A stretch of 64,000 nucleotides of DNA from an uncultured virus (IMG/VR IMGVR_UViG_3300050821_007029). Its lineage: Duplodnaviria; Heunggongvirae; Uroviricota; Caudoviricetes. The notes below the pieces were generated by a model. The model had not been told where the DNA came from. It saw only the letters and a program-made list of their open reading frames with translations, and ran no database searches. Made by a program: the position numbers and the translations under genes. This document shows positions 58,923 to 64,000 of the stretch, piece by piece (positions within the stretch are counted from its first letter, which is position 1; each line of letters opens with the position of its first letter). The DNA lies in the IMG/VR virus record IMGVR_UViG_3300050821_007029; one strand, given 5' to 3'.

Positions 58923-58970
58923 GGTGGCCCGGGCCAGCTTTGGGGAGAAAGCCGAGACGCCCGGGCCACC
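58923..58970 (-). terminator. 12-bp hairpin after the transglycosylase gene
   Basis: ggtggcccgggc/gcccgggccacc. Confidence 0.5.
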
Positions 58971-59039
58971 TTGTAACGGGGGGATTACGACACTAACCCA
59001 GGCTCTGGGGCACACCAGCAGCCCAGGTGAGACCGCGTG

Positions 59040-59768
59040 TCAGCAGACCCACGGCGAGAAGTTGCCTCCCGCGCCGTTGTACTTCGCCACCGCCATCGCA
59101 GCGTTGGTGCCCGGGTCGAACGGGTTCCCGGGGAACGGTGTCCCCAGGATCTCCCAGAGACCCGACGCACCGGACGGGTTGTACGCGGCCGGGTCCCCGC
59201 CGCTCTCACACTCGGCGATGGTCGCCGCCTCCGCCGCGACACCAGCCGGGCCGCCAGCACCGATCCACAGTTGCTCGAGCCCGGCGTATGAGACGACGCC
59301 ACCGTTGCTGTCCAGCGCCGGCGGAGCGGCCGGGGCTGGCGCGGCGGGAGCGGGCGCGACAGACACAGCCGCGGGAGCCGCGGCGGGCGCAGGTGCTGGC
59401 GGTGCCGGCTTCGGCTCGAACCGCTCCGGCACCCCCGGCATGTGCCGCCATTTCGGCCCGATCCACAACCGCGCCCCGACGGGGATGGCGAGCGCGTCAG
59501 GGATGATCTTCCTGTTCTGGGCCCACAGCTGAGGCCACCATCCACCCGAACCATCCAGGCGGCGGGCGATACCGAACAGGTCATCACCCCTCCGCACCAC
59601 ATACCAGCGGCCCGCCGGGGCAGCGGTCCACGTGATGTTCCCAGAGATGACAGGGCCGCCTTCGGGATTCCGCAAAGTCGCGGCCGAGGCGGCTGGTGTG
59701 GCGAGAATCGCGGCCGCTGAGATCGCCGTGACGATCAGGGCGGACGCCCGCGCGTAGCGTTTCAGCAC
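59040..59768 (-). CDS. secreted LysM + lytic transglycosylase (SLT/Rpf-like) protein
   Basis: signal peptide; YVVRRGDDLFGIA LysM; IAECESGG...ASGLWEI...N...PW. Confidence 0.88.
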   Translation of the reverse strand: MLKRYARASALIVTAISAAAILATPAASAATLRNPEGGPVISGNITWTAAPAGRWYVVRRGDDLFGIARRLDGSGGWWPQLWAQNRKIIPDALAIPVGARLWIGPKWRHMPGVPERFEPKPAPPAPAPAAAPAAVSVAPAPAAPAPAAPPALDSNGGVVSYAGLEQLWIGAGGPAGVAAEAATIAECESGGDPAAYNPSGASGLWEILGTPFPGNPFDPGTNAAMAVAKYNGAGGNFSPWVC

Positions 59769-59896
59769 GCGTATCCTTCCGTTGGGATCACGCGCCCGTG
59801 GCCCGGGGAAACCTTTGGCAGGGGAACGCGGGGCCGCGTGCGCCTTAACTCTCGGGAAAATAGCAGGCCCGCTGACGCTTGCCCGTTACTTCCCCG

Positions 59897-59938
59897 AAAC
59901 ACGCCAGCCCCGGGCACCGACCCTCGCCCGGGGCTGGC
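59897..59938 (-). terminator. intrinsic terminator
   Basis: 13-bp stem gccagccccgggc then GTGTTT. Confidence 0.7.
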
Positions 59939-59956
59939 CCTCGTCTGGGCCTGGTT

Positions 59957-60274
59957 TCAGCGGGACGCGCGAAGCCGTTCAGCCACGTCAGCGGCCGGCA
60001 CGTCGCTCATGAAGCAGCCGCGTTCCGTGGCCAGATCAAGCCGCGCCGACGCCTCCGCGGCTTCCCGCGACGGCCGGCTGGCCCTGGCCGCGTTCTTCAG
60101 CTCGATGACCGCGGCGACCCAGCGTTCCTTGCACACGGTCCGCGGCGGCTCCGGCAGCGGCACACACGCCGACTTCGGCTCTGAACCGCACTTGGGGCAG
60201 GTCAGGTTAGCCCAGGCGTGGTCAGCGACCTGCTCCGAGGTGTGGCCGTGCCACCGCCTGGTGTGCCTGCTCAT
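59957..60274 (-). CDS. Zn-finger hypothetical protein
   Basis: CPKCGS...C. Confidence 0.6.
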   Translation of the reverse strand: MSRHTRRWHGHTSEQVADHAWANLTCPKCGSEPKSACVPLPEPPRTVCKERWVAAVIELKNAARASRPSREAAEASARLDLATERGCFMSDVPAADVAERLRASR

Positions 60275-60397
60275 CGGTCTCCCAAAGTGTTCCGACCGGG
60301 AACACAACAGCAGTTTCCGGAACACAAGAGCCCGGGACGCCTTGCGGCGGACACCGGGCTCGTGCGATGCTGCGTGTGGTCTCGACAACCAGTGCTG

Positions 60398-60442
60398 AGA
60401 ATACACGTGAGGCCGGCTTTTCTACAAGCCGGGTTTCTACAT
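60398..60442 (-). promoter_or_regulatory. possible promoter TTGTAG-18-TATTCT overlapped by two reversed boxes
   Basis: ttttctaca 60418-60426 and tttctacat 60434-60442. Confidence 0.6.
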
Positions 60443-60795
60443 CTCCCGCTCTGGTCTGACTGCCCGGCTAGTCGCCCGGGCCGTTCCCGGGTTACGGCCC
60501 CGCTGGAGCCGTATCAGAGCCGGTGTGCCACCGCACGCGGGAATGACGAGCTCCCGCGACAGCCCGGAAGACCGAGGCATCGTATCGGCGAGACACGATC
60601 AGGCCAGCGCAGGCAGGGCCCGCTGGTGAACCACCAACTAGACCGTGATCACAAGGCGCCCTTCCCCAGCAGTAGCGCGCTGGGGCGTCACACCTAAACC
60701 ATGTCCCTAAGACGACGGGAAGGTGAGGACGGCCGGTTCGCTGGCCGTCCCCTGCCCTGAGCCCAGCTCTCCGGGAAGTTGGCCGACCAAGCTCA

Positions 60796-61026
60796 TTACC
60801 CGAAGCCAGGCGCCGGGCCCTGGCCTCCTGGTGTGATGGTCTGCCAGCCGGGCGCGGTCATGCCGTTCTCCTGGCACCACGCCTGGTCGCGGACCGCCGC
60901 GAGGGTGTCGTGAGAGAGGACCGTCTGGCAGCCCGGCTCGGGGCAGAGCAGGCGCCGCATGGGCTGCCCGCCGTGGGTGTCCTCGTAGAGCTCCACGTTG
61001 TGGCGGGAGCACTGGACTCCGCTCAC
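60796..61026 (-). CDS. small Cys-containing hypothetical protein
   Basis: C..H...CPEPGC. Confidence 0.5.
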   Translation of the reverse strand: MSGVQCSRHNVELYEDTHGGQPMRRLLCPEPGCQTVLSHDTLAAVRDQAWCQENGMTAPGWQTITPGGQGPAPGFG

Positions 61027-61376
61027 CGGCGTATTCCCTATCTTTCTAGTTTCTAGGAAGTCGCCGGCTCGTCCGGCGAGTTCGCGGACGGGCCCGCGGA
61101 TTCGCTGAGGTAGGCCTCGATGGCATGGTTGAGGACCGCGCTGCCGGTCGTGCCACGCCGGCGTGCTTCGGCGAGGAACGCGTCCCACCGGTCGTCGGGT
61201 ACACGCACATGGCGGGCGAGTGTGGCCACGCATCATGTTCGCACACGCCCGTGAGTGTTCACCCGCCCCAGGAGTCTCACGCCACCCTGGAACACGGGCG
61301 GTTGCGCGCGGTCACCACGACGTCAGCGTTACCCTGACAGTTCCGCTCGTGTACCCACAGCCCGCAGGGAGCAAAC

Positions 61377-62087
61377 ATGCTGCCATTCGCGCGCCGCGCC
61401 GCGCCGTGGGTGATCGCCGTCCTCACCGTCATCGCGACCGCTGACAGTTTCGCGCAGTCGTTCCACGGTTTGCTGGCGTGGGCGTTCAGCCACCGCGACG
61501 GCGCGTGGGCGTGGGGTTTCCCCGTGATGATCGACACGTTCGTCGTCGTCGGGGAGGTGCGGCTGTTCATCGCCGCCGTCGACGGCGCTGCCACCGCGGT
61601 CAAGGCACGCTGCTGGCTGGTCACCGCGGCGGGCCTGGCCGCTTCCATCGGGGGCAACGTCGGCCATGTCGGGTTCACCGCTCCCCTCGGCGACCAGGTC
61701 ACCGCGGCGGTGCCGCCGCTCGCCGCGACGGTGTCCCTGGGGGTGCTGCTGGGCCTGGTGAAGGCCACCTCGGGTGCCAAGAGCACCACGGCGGCGCGTA
61801 AGCCCAGGTCACGGGATGACGCGCGTGAAACCACGGTGGTGAAGCCGGCTGGGGCCGCGCCGGCGCCCTCCGAGACCAGCGCGGCCCCAGCCGGGAAGCG
61901 TACCCGCGGGCGGCGCACCAAGCCCGCCGACCCAGGCACCGTCAGGGCCGTCGCGGAACGTCTCGCCGCCGGTGAGGCCCTGTCACGGCGCGGCCTGGCC
62001 GCCGAGCTTGACCTGACCCCGTACCGGGCGGAGACCATCCTCACGGCGGCGCGGGCCAACGGGCACCTCAACGAGGAGGACCACTGA
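61377..62087 (+). CDS. DUF2637 / Spd-like membrane protein
   Basis: SFHGL..WA...WAWGFPVMID...SIGGNVGH...PPLA; C-terminal HTH-like. Confidence 0.8.
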   Translation: MLPFARRAAPWVIAVLTVIATADSFAQSFHGLLAWAFSHRDGAWAWGFPVMIDTFVVVGEVRLFIAAVDGAATAVKARCWLVTAAGLAASIGGNVGHVGFTAPLGDQVTAAVPPLAATVSLGVLLGLVKATSGAKSTTAARKPRSRDDARETTVVKPAGAAPAPSETSAAPAGKRTRGRRTKPADPGTVRAVAERLAAGEALSRRGLAAELDLTPYRAETILTAARANGHLNEEDH

Positions 62088-62485
62088 TGCCAGCGAAAAT
62101 CACCGCGGGCAGCGCGCAGGCGAAAACCCTCGCGGCGCTGTCGAACATGGAGTTGCGCGGCACCACCGACGTCGCCGCCTACGCCGCGTCGGTGCGCGCG
62201 ATCGCGTATCACTTCGCCCTCGAACTCGACGTGACCGCGCATGAGCTGCAGGTCGTCCTGGGGAAGGCGAAAGGCAGCATGATGGACCGCTTCCAGGCGC
62301 GGATGGCGGCACGCCGGGTCGTCCGCAAACTGCGGGCAGCGGCGGAAGACGCCCGGTCGGTGGGTGACAACGCCGCCCGGTTCTGGGCGGACTACACCCG
62401 CACCTACGCCGAGGTGATCAACCCCGACCGCAAGACCCGCGACACGTGGCAGTTCACCGAGAAACCAGCCGCGAAGGCGAAGTAA
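62087..62485 (+). CDS. TraA-like plasmid transfer accessory protein
   Basis: helical basic protein ARRVVRKLR..A between DUF2637 and TraB. Confidence 0.55.
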   Translation: MPAKITAGSAQAKTLAALSNMELRGTTDVAAYAASVRAIAYHFALELDVTAHELQVVLGKAKGSMMDRFQARMAARRVVRKLRAAAEDARSVGDNAARFWADYTRTYAEVINPDRKTRDTWQFTEKPAAKAK

Positions 62486-62567
62486 GCGAACTACGCCGGG
62501 CGGTAAACGAAGCAAACCGGGGGCGCTGGTCAGCTCCCGCCGTCCCATATCACCGGAGGGTTCCCCG

Positions 62568-64000
62568 ATGGCGCGGAGCCGCGACCATGAGAACCACACC
62601 CTGGAGCGTGTCGCCGCCGGGGAACTGTCCCGTGTCGTCGTCGTGGCGCCACCGTGGCTGGCGTGGATCGCGACCCTCACCGGCGGCCTGCTGCTGCGGC
62701 TGGCGTGGCCGCAGTGGGAAGCCGCCGCGTGTGTCGGGTCCGGCGGCCTCGTCCTGTCCGTCTTGGCGGCGCATCTGACCCGTCACCGCGAAGGCCTCGG
62801 CCGTTACCTCGCCGCGGTCACGGTCCTGCTCGCGTTCGGGTGGCTCGCCACCGCGGAGGCGGCTGGGCTGACCCGGGTGGTGGTGGGGGTGTGGTTCATC
62901 GGCGGCATGGTCGTCGCGTTCGGGTGGTCGATGTGGGTTCACATCCATGAGGGCGGCGACGAAGCCGGTGTGCATCACCTGTTCGGCCGCGCCGCGAAAC
63001 CCGCCAGCCTCGAAGGCGCCAAGGTCCTGTCGGTCAAGCTGGCCGGCCGCAAGACTCACGCCGTCGTCCAGCACCCACCCGGTGGGGTCACCGCGGACCT
63101 GATCAAACGCGCCCCGAACCTGGAATCGGCGATGGGCCTGCCCCCGAAGTCGATCACCGTCAGCCCGCATGAGGACCACGCCGGCCGCTCCCACGTCGTG
63201 TTCTCCGACCCCCGCGTGCTGAAAACCCCGGTGCCGTGGCCGGGGCCGTCGCGGCCGGGGGCGTCGATCGCGGAACCGGTGCGGCTCGGTTTGTGGCAGG
63301 ACTCCGAGCCCATGGACTACCGGGTGGTCAACCACCACAACCAGGTGATGGGCGCCACCGGCGTTGGCAAGACCATGTCGATGGGGTGGTGTGAGATCGC
63401 GGAGACGGTCACCCGCTATGACGCGGCGGTGCTGGCGTTCGACATCACCAAGGGTGAGCAGTTCCTCGGTCCGCTGCGGCCCGCCCTGCATTGCCTGGAA
63501 ACCACCCCGGAGGAGGCGCGGGCCCGGCTGCGGGCCCTGCATCCGCTGGTGCGGGCCCGCACTGACTACCTCGCCACCCAGCACCTGCCGTCGTGGCGGG
63601 AAGGCTGCGGCCTGACACATCTGACGATCTGGCTGGAGGAATGCCCCGACATCATCGCGCTCCTCGACGACGACGACCTCGAGGCGTGGCTGAGTGACGT
63701 CAAAGCTGGGCGGTCGGCGGGGATCCGGTGGGTGCTGTCGCTGCAGCGGTCCGACTGGACGCAGATGCCCACTCTCGCCCGCGGGCAGCTCGCCAAGACC
63801 TGCTTCGGTGTCCTCGACGACCAGGACGCCAGCTTCGGCCTGTCCGCCCGCCAGGCCGACGCCGGCTGCAGCCCGGAGCACTGGGGTTCGAGCCAGCCGG
63901 GGATGGCCTACATCGACGCCCCGTCGATCCCGGACGACCGGCGGATCATGCCGTGGCGGGCGTTCTTCTGGGGTGACGACAGCCACCTGATCGCCGCCCA
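62568..64000 (+). CDS. traB: FtsK/SpoIIIE-family TraB conjugative DNA translocase (runs off window)
   Basis: GGAGG RBS; N-terminal TM helices; Walker A GATGVGKT; TIWLEE; SAGIRWVLSLQR. Confidence 0.85.
   Translation, partial: MARSRDHENHTLERVAAGELSRVVVVAPPWLAWIATLTGGLLLRLAWPQWEAAACVGSGGLVLSVLAAHLTRHREGLGRYLAAVTVLLAFGWLATAEAAGLTRVVVGVWFIGGMVVAFGWSMWVHIHEGGDEAGVHHLFGRAAKPASLEGAKVLSVKLAGRKTHAVVQHPPGGVTADLIKRAPNLESAMGLPPKSITVSPHEDHAGRSHVVFSDPRVLKTPVPWPGPSRPGASIAEPVRLGLWQDSEPMDYRVVNHHNQVMGATGVGKTMSMGWCEIAETVTRYDAAVLAFDITKGEQFLGPLRPALHCLETTPEEARARLRALHPLVRARTDYLATQHLPSWREGCGLTHLTIWLEECPDIIALLDDDDLEAWLSDVKAGRSAGIRWVLSLQRSDWTQMPTLARGQLAKTCFGVLDDQDASFGLSARQADAGCSPEHWGSSQPGMAYIDAPSIPDDRRIMPWRAFFWGDDSHLIAA

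Larger units (their letters stand above)
1..64000. mobile_element. Actinobacterial phage / phage-plasmid segment (early-replication arm plus start of conjugative transfer module)
   Basis: Dense co-oriented small genes with 4-bp overlaps; phage-type replication/recombination genes; Lsr2, DUF6221, DUF2637 and TraB are actinobacterial markers; no housekeeping operons. Confidence 0.85.

Noticed and set aside
59770..59900. c-di-AMP (ydaO) riboswitch upstream of the Rpf-like gene
   Set aside because: Expected conserved segments are not recognisable in the leader
60422..60442. RNase P RNA 3' motif resemblance (AGAAACCCGGCTT)
   Set aside because: No GAGGAAAGTCC 5' region; explained by two regulon boxes
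2078..61000. Long plus-strand ORFs in the track (e.g. 29333-30823, 5924-6982)
   Set aside because: Shadow ORFs of high-GC minus-strand genes with no motifs or RBS
61277..63986. Long minus-strand ORFs 61277-62680 and 62550-63986
   Set aside because: Antisense shadows of the DUF2637/TraA/TraB genes

Overview
High-GC actinobacterial mobile element, most consistent with the early/replication arm of a large actinophage or phage-plasmid. About 61 kb (1-61030) is a dense run of more than 100 mostly small, translationally coupled (ATGA/GTGA overlap) minus-strand genes. Recognisable products include DpdA-like transglycosylase, ATP-dependent ligase, Lsr2, DnaN clamp, adenine methyltransferase, DnaQ-like exonuclease, RusA, a DnaB-N/AAA helicase with loader and an initiator carrying internal iterons, a Cas4/RecB-like exonuclease with a Rad52-like SSAP, several HNH/GIY-YIG nucleases and a LysM-transglycosylase. 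From 61377 a plus-strand Streptomyces plasmid/AICE-type transfer module (DUF2637, TraA-like, FtsK/TraB) begins. No capsid, terminase, tail or integrase gene is visible in the window. The non-coding architecture is rich: a family of sigma70-type promoters with a TTTCTACA box abutting the -10 and a CAACCACCAC leader, CRP-like boxes at left-end promoters, a parS-like palindrome, a tRNA-like RNA with a 14-bp acceptor stem and a long hairpin replacing the anticodon loop, and a structured region antisense to the shared leader. All family calls are from motif recognition by eye, not database searches, and many hypothetical CDSs are not listed.
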